From contig MQRK01232830.1 of assembly GCA_001938485.1 (NCBI GenBank), positions 1 to 61,756 on the forward strand: DNA of 61,756 nucleotides, given 5' to 3'. Positions 35,262-50,135 of this stretch are shown here, one piece after another. How positions within the stretch are numbered: position 1 is the stretch's first letter; each line of letters starts with the position of its first letter. The stretch is from Girardia tigrina (lineage: Eukaryota). A program made the position numbers and the translations under genes. The notes beneath the pieces are model-generated. The model was not told the DNA's origin. It saw only the letters and a list, made by a program, of their open reading frames with translations, and did not search any database.

Positions 35262-37030
35262 TGATAGCTCATGATACTGGTATGCAGTCGTGCTGCTACG
35301 TTGCAGATCTGGATTGCTCGTTTGGATTGGGCTTAGAATAGCTTCAAAGTCACAACATATGATAATGGGCACTTTCTGCATCTTTTCATATTCTTTAAAT
35401 TCATTATAATCTTCCTTGGGAAATTCCGCTCTGATGCAATGATTGTTGTCGCAAAAGGCCTTGTGCTCATCTAAATTGATTATAACTTCAGCACCATTGA
35501 AATAGGTAAAGCATCGTTTACAAATCTCAATCCTTTCCTTATGTTTCGGTATTTGAGATCTTAATAGGCGCTCAAAGTTCTTGATCCAGATGAAGTGCCT
35601 CATCAAATCCCTAGCAGGAGCAAATCCCTATGATCTTCCAATTCTTCCTTATATACAAGTAAGGTATAAAATTTTTCATTCACAAATTCAAAGATGTTGA
35701 TTGATACATTGTTGATGCTTCCAAATTTAGGGACATCATCCAAGTTAGGTAGGAATCTAATACTGTTGAAGTCATATTTGTGCCGCAGATTCGATATTCG
35801 TGATGCATTTTTTTATCTTCAACGAATTTTGATAGTATCGCATACTTGAAGCACATATTGTCATTATTTTTTACATTGATGCATGCCTTTTTATTAGCTA
35901 TCCATTCAGGAAGCGGTATATAGGAGCTGCCTCTCATCAATGAGTATTTATTAACATAGATAACCAATTAGTTAACCGTAGCAATAGTCCATCCACTCTT
36001 CTTCTCCTTGCTCTCATCGGCTTCCTTTATTATTTTGGTATTTTCTTCATTGAGTCACTCTAAAATATCATCGGATTCTAATATTGGCCTATTTTTGGTC
36101 TTGAAGGTTCTTTTTGACAGTTCATCATCAACATAGGTGAATGTTGCCTACAATTTAAGGTTGACTTTGATAGCCTTGAAATCAACCATGTTGTCTTGTA
36201 GAATCACCATGGTTTCCTTCTTGGAATATTCCAGAAACTCATCTGACTGCCTAGACCAGCCTTGATAACATATTGGCGTATCTTCTTATTCAATGAAGCT
36301 CTATGAATTGGTCTCTGTCTTGAACTTTTTGATGGAGCAATTGATGCCTTGACTGCATGGGCTATCTGGACTGACTGGTTAGCCTGGACTGTAACATTTG
36401 CACGTTTTAATGGAACATTTTTCAGAATTGGAACATTAAAAATATGTGTCTCCATTGGAACATTTGTAGCATATACATGTTTTAAGGGAACTTTTGTCGT
36501 ATTTGAAAACTTTTTCTCAATTGGAGCATTTTCCTCATTTGGAACATTTTTCTGAATTTGAACATTTGGTGCAGTGAGTACTTGATTGGATGATGACTGG
36601 AATATTGTCTTCTTGGACTTCACTGAAAATTAACAAAAATGGTCTTTGTGACATTTATAAAATTGATGATAGTCGCCACTACTTGCATTTTGACATACTG
36701 GACAAATGTAATTCTCACATCTATTGAATATATGACCATAGTACCGTTGCATTGTATCATGACAATTTTGTAGATTGTGAACATTTGCCATGCAACATCT
36801 GTATAATTTACATTGTGGAATCTTTGTATGAATTTTCTCTTGAATTATCTTTGACATATGTTTAAATAAATTATTTTTCGATTTGGTGAAAGGAACCAGA
36901 TGTTGTTTATGGTCATTGTAAAATTATTCAAAACTAGTTCTGTGTACTGCCTCACATCTTATACATATAAAATATTCTTGTGAAGAGAAATTTTACTTGT
37001 ATTATTGGGATAAATTTGAAATCTAAAAAA
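35262..37030 (-). mobile_element. Polinton/Maverick relic: N-terminal region and Exo I of protein-primed DNA polymerase B, plus an upstream Cys/His-rich ORF
   Basis: KVNLKL...FKTKN, SGWT, RGSSYIPLPEWIANKKACINVKNNDNMCFKYAILS, HFIWIKNFERLLRSQ, ICKRCF, IICCDFEAIL. Confidence 0.85.
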
Positions 37031-37139
37031 AATTAATTTATATACGGAGCGAAAAAAAAACTCACCATTTTCTTAACATGATTTTGAAATAATGACAGAT
37101 GTCTGATTAGAAATGTAAAATAATATTTTGTGTCGTAGC

Positions 37140-38190
37140 AAGTTCGTACAGCAAATATCCCAGTCGTTTGCCATGAATATGCCTTGATATTGGTGAATTA
37201 TTTCCTCTAGTGCTTTATCGTTTCGCGTATCGATCATTTTCAATGCTTCCTTTCCTCGTTCTTCGTGTATGATTCCTTTCCCAAATTTTGCATGGATTTC
37301 GTATATGTTGATTTTACTCGTATCCAGTTGTTTATCTTCTTTCCATAGTAGCTCTATTCCGAATTATTTTTAATGTCATGCCCCCAATCATATCTGGTCT
37401 TAAATTTTTTTACTATTATAAGCTATTTTACTATTATTTTCTATTTACTATAATTTTCTCTGATTTCTCCGCAATTTTTATCAGTGTCTCTATTTCTCCT
37501 CTAACATCCATTTGTAATTCATTTGCTGCTATCAATTTCTGATTTGTTTTTTCCATTCGTGTGCTCTTTAATTTCTTAATTATTTCTTCTGTCATCACGT
37601 TTAAGGCTGCTCCTGTATCTAATAGGCATTCAATTTCTGTGTCCTCAATCATGACTCTCATACTTGGTCGACCCTCTAATCTGTTGTATACAATTTGTAC
37701 ATTTTCATAATTAGTTATTATCAACAATTCTCTTTCATTATACGAGTCCTTTTTATGAACTTTACCACTTTGTGACTTGTTTTTGGTTCCTGATAGAAGT
37801 TCGGCTCACTAATGAATTCTGACTTATTTTTATTAATTTTATATTTCATGTTATTTATATTTAATTTATTATTTATTTTATTCATATTATTAAAATTATT
37901 ACTACTATATATGTAATTTATATGATCTGGTCTGTGCTTAAGAAAACTTACTCTAGTACCAAGATCGGTTCCTCGTCGTCAAGGGCAGGATTCGTTTTTT
38001 TATATATATTCTTGCTTTTCTCTGTATTTTTCCTTCTCCATCATCACAATCTGTCTTCCTCTTTCGAATCCTCTTCTGTAGTCGTCTGATTTCCGGTTTC
38101 CTGAGCTTTTCGTTTCAGCATCTGAGAATTGTCGGCTATCTCTTTGGGTTCTCCTTTGATAATCCGTTCTTCCTTGATATCGTTTTTGAA
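37140..38190 (-). mobile_element. gypsy gag-end and protease relic
   Basis: LEGRPSM...CLLDTGAALNVM; candidate slippery site A AAA AAC near 37995-38001 on the minus strand. Confidence 0.85.
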
Positions 38191-39559
38191 ATTTTTAAAG
38201 AACATTTTATTTGATGCATTAATGATTTTTTAAAGCTATTTTGATAAGCTCAGTTCAATATCTAAATAATTCTTATAAATGAACCAGTTTCAATACATTG
38301 TAGTAGAAAAAAGAAGTATTCAAAGAAACATTTATTGTTAGAAATTGATAATAACTAAAAAATATTATTTATTTAATTTCAAACATACATTTTAAATTAA
38401 ATTATTAGTATATTTAAAAAACTATTTTCACATTTTATTCTTTATGATAATAAATAATTTGCTTATTTTATTATTGCTAGATGTGAAGGGCACATCACTC
38501 GGGTGATAATAAAATCAGTCATTGACGCCAAAATTTTATTTCAACACGAATCACGATATTTATTTCTCTTTTTTCACCTACTTCCAGAATTTAAACAATG
38601 TATATTTTTATCTAATATACAGTTCAAACAAACTTATTTGAGTAACTGTTTTATAAATTGTTATCGATCTTAAACCGGAAATAAAATTATAATATTAATA
38701 TTGAATTTTAATTTAATTTTGTGAATTTTCGTTCCACAAAATTCTTTAAACTTATTTTATAACTTTCTAATTTCAAATGACCTTTAAAATCCGAAAAGAC
38801 AAAAAATAATATTTCAAATAATCTGTATGTTGAATATTTTTTCCAAATGGCCCTTCAGTTCCTAAATATTTTAAAACCTTTGAAATTAAGATAAAAAGAA
38901 ATAGTGGTTTATTAGAGAGGAAGTTTTTGAAGAAAATTGATAACATTTAATTTTACTAGGGAATAATTTTTAATTTTTACTTTCAATATAAATTTCAATC
39001 TAGATTTTGTCTGAAGTAAATAATGACTATTATTGCTTTATAAAAATTAATATAAAGTAAATGCTTAAGTATAAAATTAATGCTTCAGACTAGGTTAAAT
39101 TTAAAATATAATAAGAATATTTCATTTTGTTATTTTATTAATATATATTTCATTTTACCGATTTAACAGCATCCTCTTTTTTACAAAAATAGTCTCCTGT
39201 CTCCCTGATAAAAACAAAGACATTTATATAATTCATTTACCTTTTATTACCTTTGAGGAATTTCAAGAGAAACATTTTAAAAGAATAATAGATTAATCTG
39301 TTTCTATATCCCTCATTTGATACTCAGTCTTCTCGAAAAATGTATATTTCATTTTTTTAATTTATATGTATTTAAAATTTATTATTAAAATTATCTGCAT
39401 ATTTAAAATTTATCTGCATTTGCATGATGCAAATGTTTTCTATACTCTAATTGCATATCTTAACTATTCAAAAAGTTTAACCACGTTTGAAACTGTGATT
39501 TTATAGGTTTCTTCGTTGTCAACATGAATATTATTTCTTTGTAATCCGTTCTAAAAGTA

Positions 39560-41321
39560 AACTGTACCACATATGTAGTACTAAAAGTGTTGTGGGAAAA
39601 AATAAAATTGCTAACAACTACTTCCTTGGTATGCATTATCCAATTTCATGTTTACTCATAGCATGTAATCCATAAGCAAATACTTTTTTTCATATCCTTT
39701 GACATCTAACTAAGGAAAAACTGCACCAATCGTATTGTGACTTTCATCTGTATCTAAAATGAAATCTTTATTGAAATCAGAATATGTTTAGCACCGGTGT
39801 TTTTGTTAGAGGTTTCTTTAATTAACGAAATGATTTTTCACATTCATCGTTTTAAAAGAGTTTTATCTTGTTGTTTCCAAAAATAGTTTCTAGTTCCCTT
39901 GTCAGACTAAAGTAAGGTTTTATAAATTTTCTTTAATAATTACAAAGACCCAAAAAACGTCTAAATTGTTTAATACATTTCTGTCTTTCAAATGTTTTGA
40001 TTGGTTCTAACTTGCCTGGGTCGGTTCTAACTCCTCCTTCATCAATTATGTGACCTAAAAATTTTTTTTCCATTGTAAGAAATGACACTTCTCTGCATTT
40101 ATTTTAAGACCTGCACATTTAATTTTATCAAAAAAAATATTTAATTTTAAAAAATGTTCGTCCAGAATTTTTGAGAAAACAAGAATGTCATCTAAATAGA
40201 CCAACGCTACTTTCCAAAGCATTTCACCTAAAACAATATTCTTTAATCTTTGAATAGCTGCCAGAGCTGCAGCTATTTCGAATGGCAGGCGGTTAAAACA
40301 GCATATTTTGTAGCAAACGCCGTTTTCAGTTTTGTTTTTCATCTAACTCAAATTGGTAAAAGGTATTTCCCAAGTCGATTGTGATAAAAACACGAGTTCC
40401 ATTAAGAGAATCAAATATTTCTTCAATGTTAGGCATAGAGTATGCTGGTCTTTCTGTTAATTTATTTAACTGTCTAAAATCAAAATACAGTCTTTTTCTT
40501 GTTTGTCTTTTTTCCACACACGAACCATCGGTGTGTTTCACGGTGAATCGCATCGTTTGATAATTTTGTTATCCTCCAGATTTTTTATCATATCTTAAAT
40601 TTTATCTTCTAAATTTTCTGGTTGTCTTCTCGGTTTCATTAAAATCAAATTGTCTTTTTTATAATTTTATGTTTTAAAAGTTTTGTACAACCAACGTCCC
40701 ATTTATGTGCCATAAATACATTTTTATGTTTCGTTACTATTTCATATAAAGGAGAGTCAAATTTAACTTTCAACAAATAAAGAATATTTTCACCTTAATA
40801 TTAGGCATCGGCAGTCTAAATTTTGCACTAATACTGTATCTTTCACAACAATCGTTATAATCAAAACTATTTTCTTTATTATTTAGTTTTCCTTATCTAA
40901 TTTTAACTGAATTTTAAAAGCATTTAAAAATTCCATACTGCATAAAATATATGGAGTAACTTTTTCAGCAATATAAAATTTTATTATCTAATACATTTCA
41001 CCTATTTCTATTTTTAGAAAAACAATTCTTAATGTTTAAGGTACTTTCATTAGCACAAATAATATTTTCATTGCTATATGTTTTCGGATGTATTCCTAAT
41101 TTATTAGTTTCCTCTATTCCTATGACATTTAGTCGTGCACCCGTATCCGGTTTACATGAAAAATACTGATCATTACATTTAACTATTATTCGGAGTCGTC
41201 CATCAAGATTGTAATATTTAATTTTAAAATTACATAATCTTGTTTTTCCGCAGTTATCTTTTATTATTACAATACACCCATATTTTTTAACTTTTAACAT
41301 TTGAAATACATGCTTTAACAA
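39560..41321 (-). mobile_element. pol: gypsy pol relic (protease, RT, RNase H)
   Basis: LDGRL...DTGARLNVI, FDFRQLNK, FITIDLGNTFYQ, VYLDDILVFSK, FILDTDES; many frameshifts. Confidence 0.92.
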
Positions 41322-41369
41322 TATTTTTCAAAAGAGAAATAAATGTAGTGAATATAAGCAAAATAAAGT

Positions 41370-42010
41370 ATTCGTGAATAGGTTATCTAAATTGTACCAT
41401 AAGGGTACTAAGACTAAAATTAAAAATTATTAATGTCATTACGATCAAAAAACTAATAACGAAAACGGCCGATTGCGTAACACGTGGGGTTGTTTCATAT
41501 GAATACAAATTCATAAAATCTAGTTTAAATTACAGAGGTTTGGCAAATACCACTCTGAACATTTCATAAGACTCCACGATATTGGAATCCACTTTCTCAT
41601 AAATGGGAATTAAAACCTTTGAAATAAAGGCCTTCACCATAATTCTTTTGAGATTGGGATCTATGCCTAAAACTACAAAATATCTTCCGCATTCTTTGAT
41701 TATGCATTGGTCAGAGTTATTGTGGAAATTTCATCAACTTTGAGTTCTGTAGCGACTCTTCGTCAGGTTATTAGGCTAAAAAAGCTAACTTCAATTATCC
41801 TCCATTCTCTACTAGTCTCACAGAATCGATGATCCCTCTAAATTTGAAACTTACTATAAATTAACGATTACTTTTATTATATAATAGTGGTCAATGCGAT
41901 AAAAACATGATTATTATTTTCAGTACTAATCAATTTATTAAAACGTTACATGAATCTGAATATTGGATATGTGATGGTACATTCAAAGCATCCCCAACAT
42001 TGTTTCTCTT
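41370..42010 (+). mobile_element. Mutator/MULE transposase relic
   Basis: IIIFST...EYWICDGTFKASPTLF near 41910-42005, the W-x-x-DGTF motif of the MULE domain; upstream limit approximate. Confidence 0.7.
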
Positions 42011-42088
42011 TTTAACAAGTAAATTACATTCAAATTTTACAAGGCAGAGATTTAGATTACAGAAAAATTCAAAATAATCATTGGTAAG

Positions 42089-45000
42089 TGTGATGGATAA
42101 TTTGGAATGTTGTAAGTTTGTTGTTTGTATGCTGTTTACATTTGTGACTCTCCTACTCAGATGGGATTGATATGTTTATTGATTGATTATTTGAATCTAA
42201 TGAAATTAATTTAATGATATTAATTTTAAGTACTAATTAAGTAAAGTTTGATAATTATGAATTTTAATAATATTTTCAGTAAACAATTTTAACTTATTAA
42301 ATTTAATATATTTTAAAAATTAATGTTTATTTAAAAAAATATTTAATGTCTTTTTATCCAATAAAATTATGAGAAATTAAAATTTAATATTAAAATTTCC
42401 CATTCATTGTTCTTTTTAGATTTGAATACATTAACAAAAAACTATATCAATCAAAGAAAGATGACCTCTGAAAATTGTTGTGAAGGATATGTTTGTGTTG
42501 TCAATAAATGTTTGCATTCAAATTGTGATGTTGTTAATATGGCGACCACGGCTCATGTGATAACGAACATTATGGGATGTGAAAAATTCAATGGAACAGA
42601 ATCGGATTTGGAAGATTTCATTGATAATTTTGAACGCTATTCCGACATTATAAGTATAGCAGAAGAGAGGAAAATAGTGACTGTGTTTATGACACCGTCG
42701 GCAATAAAGAAATATTCAGAGATGGACGGTAAAAATTACAGAGAAAAATTGAAGGCTGCATTTACTAAAGAAAAATCCATTCTGGATACAATGAAGGAGT
42801 TGGTAAACTTACGGTGGGGATCCTTCAACAGAGAAGAAACATTCAAAAAAGCAAAAGAACTTATGAATATACTAACAAAAGTAAAATTGTCTAAAAAAGA
42901 ACTATTCAACCTTGCCTGTTCACAGTTATGAATTCAAAAAAGAATTAAGAATGAGAGGAACAACTGAAACCAAAGATATAAAAAGCGTAGTTACCAATAT
43001 GTACGAACTTCGTAAAATGGAAAGTTAGGAAACAGTGGCAGCATATACGACGATAAATAAACAAGATAATTGGAAAACCGTAACTAGACGCAAAGCTGTA
43101 CACAACGAAAGAACCCCAAATAGACATTACGAACACAACAATAGGAACCAAGGAAATAATGGATTCAAACTGAAAAACAATTATTACAGAACTGTAAAAT
43201 GTTATGCATGTCAAGAAGAAAGCCATATAAGAAGAGATTGCCAAAATGTGAAGTGTACACATTGCAACAGAAATGGCCATTATAGAACTCAATGTTATCT
43301 CAACAAGAATAGATTTAAGGAAAGAGAACAGTACAGTAGAAACAGCGATTGGAAAAAAATAATGCAGGATACCATAATAGACCTCAAAATCATCAAAACC
43401 CAGTTGCGGAAATTGATGAAAGCAATGACGACAGCGAATACGAAGAGACTAGATCAAATCAAGGAAAGTTAACTAAAAGGGTCTTCCCAGATAAGAGACG
43501 CTTATTTTTATTTGACTGTCAATTTGTTATCTTAATGATATTGGGTTTAATTGTGATCCAAATACCAATATTCTCATAATAAAGTAAAGACAGTCTCGTA
43601 AGAAAAGATTAAATAAAAAAAGAAGATCAAAAAATGAATAAAATGATCAAAAAAAATAAATAAAAAAAGATGCCAAATGGTACAAAATTAAATGATATAG
43701 AAAAAGAAAGATCAAAAAGAATGTTACTAAAATGGCATTTAAAGGATCTAACCACAACGTAAAATGTGGTTTTAAAAATGAAATATTTTCTGTTTTTGAT
43801 GGCGGTTTTATAATTGCTTTGTGTACGTAGGGGTTGCAAATTTGGATAAAATTTTGAAACCGATTTTTCGGTTTCCAGTTTCGTGAAAAACCGGAAACCG
43901 ATTTCTAACCGCTTTTTAAAAATTAATATATATTACCATTGTATAATTTTTTTACCCAAATTTTGGAAACAATACTTAAAACAAAATCAATTCAGCTTTA
44001 TGTCTAATGAATAATTCAGTCAAAAAGGATAGATAACAAAATAAAAATACTATTTTAACAATTAAAAAAATACAAATACCACAAAAACTTTATTTATTTT
44101 TCGATTCTAGAAAAAGCGATCTCATTAAACGTAACATGTTTATTGTGTCGTCACCTAGATATATATTTCCTTCCGCCGAAAACGTTCTTTCAGCTTACAC
44201 GCTTGTCGGTGGAATAGATAGAAGAAAATTATACACTCTCTCAAGTTCTGGGCCTCTAACCCCATCCAATTCGAACTGGGTCAACTCCCGGCGAACTTTA
44301 GTGTTTAGAATAGGAGCATTTTGGTCTTCTTTCTGTGGTTGAACCGTTAATTGATGGTCAATAGCTTTTTGTAACAAATGTTTCATCACATCCACCGTTG
44401 GTGGTTCACAGATTTCTTCTACAGATTGGAATAGTAATTGTTCATCTTCCCCTTCCATAATATCGCCATATCCTGACGAGATTTCTTCATGATTCGATTT
44501 ATTAGTCATTCTATTAAGAATTTGAACAATAAGTTTTAGAATCGATACTTTTGAAAGTTCGGAGAAAATATCAGCATGTGAATTATTTTCGGAATTGACA
44601 ACGTGGTATTTGTTATGAAGATACTGAAGTAAGCTAGATAAATCTGTTCGCCTTTCTTTAAATTGATATAATAGCTCCATTTTCATATCAAATGCCAGCT
44701 GGCCCCTACTTTTTTCCAAATGTGGAAGTATAAATTTGAAAGTCTCATCTATAGTCAAAAGGTTTGCATCTTGCCGACAAAGTCACTTGATTCCAAATTT
44801 TATAGGTAAAAGAACAGCAATAGTTTCTGATAGAAGTTTAAATTCAGCATCTGAAAAAGAATATGATGATTTCATATCGATTAACGATTTTTGAACGCAT
44901 GTTCGTAATTCATAAAAACGCTCGAACATAAAAGTAAACTGTTCTATCGCGTCTTAGTGTCCAAGACTTTTTTTTTCTTTTCCGAATTCTGATACAATAT

Positions 45001-46700
45001 ATTTTGAGAGAATATCTTCGTTTTTCACTAGTGAATTTCTAAAGGTTTTACAACTTTTCGTATCTTATGTATAAGAGGTAATAATCCTTTATGAGTAACT
45101 TCTTGATGATTATATTTATCATTCAAAACGCTAAAATTAATTTGGTCAGGATTTATTGCATTTATCAACAAGTCGCCATCATCGATGTCGAAATCGGAAT
45201 CGTTATATGTATCTTTCATATCCTTATTTTTTGTCTGTTCAAATTCAATGGAAATATTGGAGCTAGAAGATTTTTCTTTACAATATAACACGTTTAAAAT
45301 AGCCAAGTGGATTGTGTGTCTTGGATTGACAGACTAATATCAAACATCATTACCTTTTCTTCTAAGATCAATCCTAGATTCTAAAATTGTTGTTTAGTAT
45401 GAATGTTGATGTTTAAATAACGACGATTTGATATTGATATCCACTCATTGAAAGTCAAGCTAAAACCAAAAGCTCGCTTTTTCATGTCTGAGAGGTTTTT
45501 TTTAATTACATCGCAAATATTTTTACCATAATTTAACACCGTTTTCCGAATTGTATTTGACGATTGTGGTATATCTCGAAATCCTTTCGATTCAAGTAGC
45601 GATCTTAGATCAGATGATGTACAGAATAAAGAAAAGGCCATACCGTCTTTCGAGGTCATGCGTGATATAACCGCTGCCAAAGAATCGTCACTTTTCTTAT
45701 GAAAATATCCTGTAATTTGCTTTTTAGATAAAGAAATTTTGGTTGGTGACGTGGATAAATTTGTGGACGTTTTACTGCTTCCACTACAATCTTTAAATCC
45801 TCGTTTCAGAGCAGTAATTTTGTGTACTGTTTGCAAAGGTGAATGAAGTGCACCAGTTGATCCACAATTTCATTACTTTTGAATATGTTTTGCATTTCGC
45901 CACATGACCATTTTTCTCTCGAAGAAAATATACTCAAAGTGATTTGTCATTTTCAATAACTTTCTTGTATTCCTCAAATTTGTAATCCATACTTCTAAAA
46001 AACAATTATTAAAAATGAATTTAAAGGTCACACATTAATAATTTTCTTTACTTTTCCTTGATACTGAATTATAATTTATTTAATAAAAATGTGTTTAAAA
46101 TAAATATTTAAACAATTTTAAATAAAATAATGTATTTTATTGGAATTTTTAATAAAATTACGAAAACCGGGTTTTCGAGGTTTCAAAACAATGAAAAAAA
46201 CTGTTTTTTTCAAAACCGGAAAACCCGGTTTGCAATCCCTATGTGTACGTGATTTTTTTAAAAGAATTGTTTTAATGAAATGATTAATGCAAAAGATTTT
46301 TGGTGGAAAGTTAAATTTGTTTTAAATGGATGAAGGTATTATAAAATTGTTGGCGCAAATTTAAATACTTGAAAAATAAATTGATATTTGTCGCTGTTGT
46401 GTCTTTGAAAAATGTTTGGATTAGTAACATGCAAATTTGATGTAAAAATAAAAACATTGAAATCGTTATCGGTGGATTGCTATATAAATAATTTATATCA
46501 CGTACATCGGAATTTTTGTTTAAAAATGAAGAGGATAAAGATACAGAGGCGCTGTTTTCATTGACATAGGCAATAATTGTGTTGTGTATTACCTAGAGGC
46601 ACTAATCGATAATAAGACAATAATCGGAATATATAGAGAAGTAGAGGATGCAGAGAATGTACGAAGCAACGAAAGAAAAGGATCGTAAGGCTGTATGATA
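42089..46700 (+). mobile_element. gag: 5' portion of a second gypsy family (LTR 42089-42539, PBS, gag), interrupted by a hAT element
   Basis: LTR TGTGATGG...GTTGTTAATA, PBS TGGCGACCACG, gag MATTAHVITNIMGCEKFNG, knuckles CYACQEESHIRRDC and CTHCNRNGHYRTQC; 3' limit uncertain. Confidence 0.85.
43828..46241 (-). mobile_element. full-length but inactivated hAT transposon
   Basis: TIR TAGGG(A)TTGCAAA, perfect 8-bp TSD TGTGTACG, AAACCG subterminal repeats; FSLTFNEW, HLAI, DTKTR*NS, SIPPTSV*AERTFS. Confidence 0.96.
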
Positions 46701-47125
46701 GAAATGAATTGAAGTATGACGAATGCGTTTAAATGCAAAAATAAAGATCAAATTTGCGATGGAATTAATATTGGATGTTGAACAAAGTGAGATAAAAGAC
46801 GTGAATCAATTTAAGTTGGCTCTACCACTTATTCTTAGGCTGAGATACGCTCCATCAGAGTACGTCGGAGACGAGATTGATGAGCGGCAGGCGAATGCCG
46901 GTAAGATTGGTTTTTACGTCCCCCATCCTCCAGGAAACACCAAGCACTCAACCCCGTGACCCCGCTACCCCGCTGAGCCAGCTCTCACACCAGTAAATGT
47001 CGGTGTTAAATTAATTCTATACTTTCTGGAGCGGAGAATTGGTGATTTGACTGAACATTTTTGCTAGTTTCCGAAAAATATAATTAAATTAAAAGTAAAT
47101 GATTAAATAAATCAAATAAATAAAC

Positions 47126-47163
<38 letters not shown>

Positions 47164-50135
47164 NNNNNNNNNNNNNNNNNNNNNNNNNNNNNNNNNNNNN
47201 NNNNNNNNNNNNNATATATATATATATATATATATATAATAAATAAATTAAATAACTAAACAAAATCTGTTCCAGCATTAAGAAAATTTCGAAATTTTAA
47301 TCGATCAATATTGTCGATGTTGGTCGTGTGTGTCATTCGTTGGAGCAGTATAACTGAATTGTGAGCCTCAATTTTATTGAATGATTGGAACTTTCTCCTC
47401 TCTAAAGGGGTTTGAAGAGTGGTTGAAAAGAATGTCAATTTGAAAAGTTTCGTGAAATTGAAGTTGTTAAAAGTGAAAATTGTTGGACTTGAATAAAAAC
47501 TCGCCTGTCTTTATTTTGTTGGTTTGAAAATTGCGATAAATTGTGCCATAGAAAGTGATAAATATATGTTTCATCATTTAATTGATAGACGAATTTGTTG
47601 TATCGTCTTAACTGAAAAGGAACTTTCAAAAAAATGGCATCCAGTATCAATGACGATGATTTTAAAAAAGATACTGAGAATATAAAAGATTCTGATGACC
47701 AAAATAATTTCGTAAAAATCGATTTAACAATTTCCAGCGATACTAAGACTGTATGTGTTAGTGAAGACTCTTGTGAATTTGAATTGCGTAAACGAGATGG
47801 AATTCCGCTCATTGTTTTGTTCATTAAAATGAAAAGCACCTTTCAACCGACATGTAAAATGAGAAACAATTCTCTTCCTAAAATATCGTGGAGACACGGC
47901 TTCCTGTCCACTTTCTATATAAGTTTCGAATTTAAAAAATGTTTTTTGTGATGTTTTAATGATTTAATGATTACAATTATAATTTTTTTGACTTTCAGTT
48001 TAACAATCAAATTACTTTTCACAATGGAAAGAAAAATAAGTTTTATTTCATTATGCAATTTAAACACTTTTTAAAGTAAAAAATATTTATCCATTAGAAA
48101 ATAAAAAAACCCAAAAGTTGTCACAGTTTAATGGAAAACGTAATGCTGGCTGAGTTTTGGATTTATGATTTGTTGTAAAATTAATAAGAGTTTTCAAAAG
48201 CAAAATTAAATTATGTTATTTTCTGAGCTGTCAGTTTACATTTAAATATATAAAATAAAGTGACTTTTATCTTTTGACTGATTTTTTTTAATATATTGTA
48301 ACAATATTAAAATATATTTAAATATAAGTCATTTGAAATTTTACAAAAGTACATTTATGTTTACAAAAGAGGAGCACATTTTATATCCGTGAAACTGCCT
48401 ACTTGGACAAAAAGACTCAGGACAAAAGTCGTGGTCGACCTGAGAACGTCGCCTCCGGAAGAATTATCAGAAAAAAGTATTAAAGTAACTCAAACTCTGT
48501 AAAACTGTTATCCATTAAGATAAGATCTACACTGAATCGAGCAGCAAATAATCATATATTACTTGAAATATATACAATAACAACAAATATAATCATATGG
48601 AAAGTAAAAAGAAGTCAATTAAACAAATGTTCAACATAATGAACATTCTTTTCGACTAAAAAGATTTAAAACATCTCAAAAATATAAATGTAAATGATCA
48701 TACTGATCTTCTAACCAGAATCTTATATTTTTTTATACTAAAATTGGCAATTTTTAATTTATTAATATTGAAAGCCAATATTGAAAAGTACACGAGAATT
48801 CATACATTTTTTTCTAAAAAATATAAATTCGTGATTTAATGAAAAATATATTTTTACACTTTTGCGGACACACATTTTCGAAAAATACCTAAAGTCGCAA
48901 ATGCAAACATGCAAAAATGATCTCTATTTTTTATTTACTGTGATTTTTTCTTGTGATTTTCAGGGACACAAATAATAATGAAATGTATTTTAATAGATCG
49001 GGATAATACCAACACAATGTAAAATGTCTTCTTCTGCAGACATGACCCAACAAAAATCACAAAATAACTGCATATACAGATTCTTCAAGATTCTACAATT
49101 CGTTTTCGAAATTCATATATTTCCATATCAAAATTAATTTTAATATAATATTGTAATAAACTTTTTAAAATCCCTCATGGTATAATAATTTATCCGGTTC
49201 AATAAAGAAATGACTCCGTTTGCCATATGAGATCCATATTCTACCTTCATTAGGGAGAATAACACTTTGTCGTATTTTTTTTCCAAACTTTCTTTGTTTT
49301 GTCATCATGTTGTTGCCATTTTTCACCTTTGGATTTGTCATCAGAGCTAAAATTGCAGTGTTTAACTTACCTTTTTGAGATGATTTATGATTCATTTTGA
49401 ACTGTGTGTAATTTTCACATTTACTACTTAAAGAATTTGCATCAGTATCATGGACTCATTTTCTGTATTACATATTTATGTCCAAACTGCTTAAATAATT
49501 TAATTATGTAATCGATTTTTCTGTTTAAAATATAGATGTTTTTGCTTTATGATCCGCCCGTAGAGTACATCTTTACCATAAAGTGTTTGAAATGTATAAA
49601 TATTGTTTCAATAGACACAAAACTGTAGAATATTTGATGGATAATTTATTCTTCAAAAGAGATGTTGACTTTGAAACTACTTCATTTGTGAGATTCATAT
49701 TGAATTTATATTAGACTCACAAGAAAGAAGAAAGTTTATAGAACTTTACATAAGCATAAAATTTAAATACTATCGTCATACCAGAAATGAAAACATACTT
49801 TGTCGAACCTCAAGATTTCAGTCATATTGCTTGCTCCATATAATGTATTTTGCAAACAGATAACAAAAGAACCATCAATACACCTATAAAGGTTACAAAA
49901 AAGACTATCGACCAAACGATTGTTGAAATGTTTTGTTGCTGCTTGCAGTGCTTGCTATTAAAGTACATTATAATTCTGAGGTATTACTGCATATAGACGG
50001 TTAGTGTCCATACAGAAGAAAAATAAGATCTACAGATTTTTAATGATAAATAAGACGCTCATAACTCAACCACAAAGCCAAAAAAATCATTTCTTTAAAA
50101 TTTAGTTCCTTTGTCAAAGAATAAATAATTGTGAA

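Noticed and set aside
47634-50050. Possible decayed intron-containing DNA transposase or host gene
   Set aside because: Only scattered coding-like patches, with no diagnostic motif or termini I can support.
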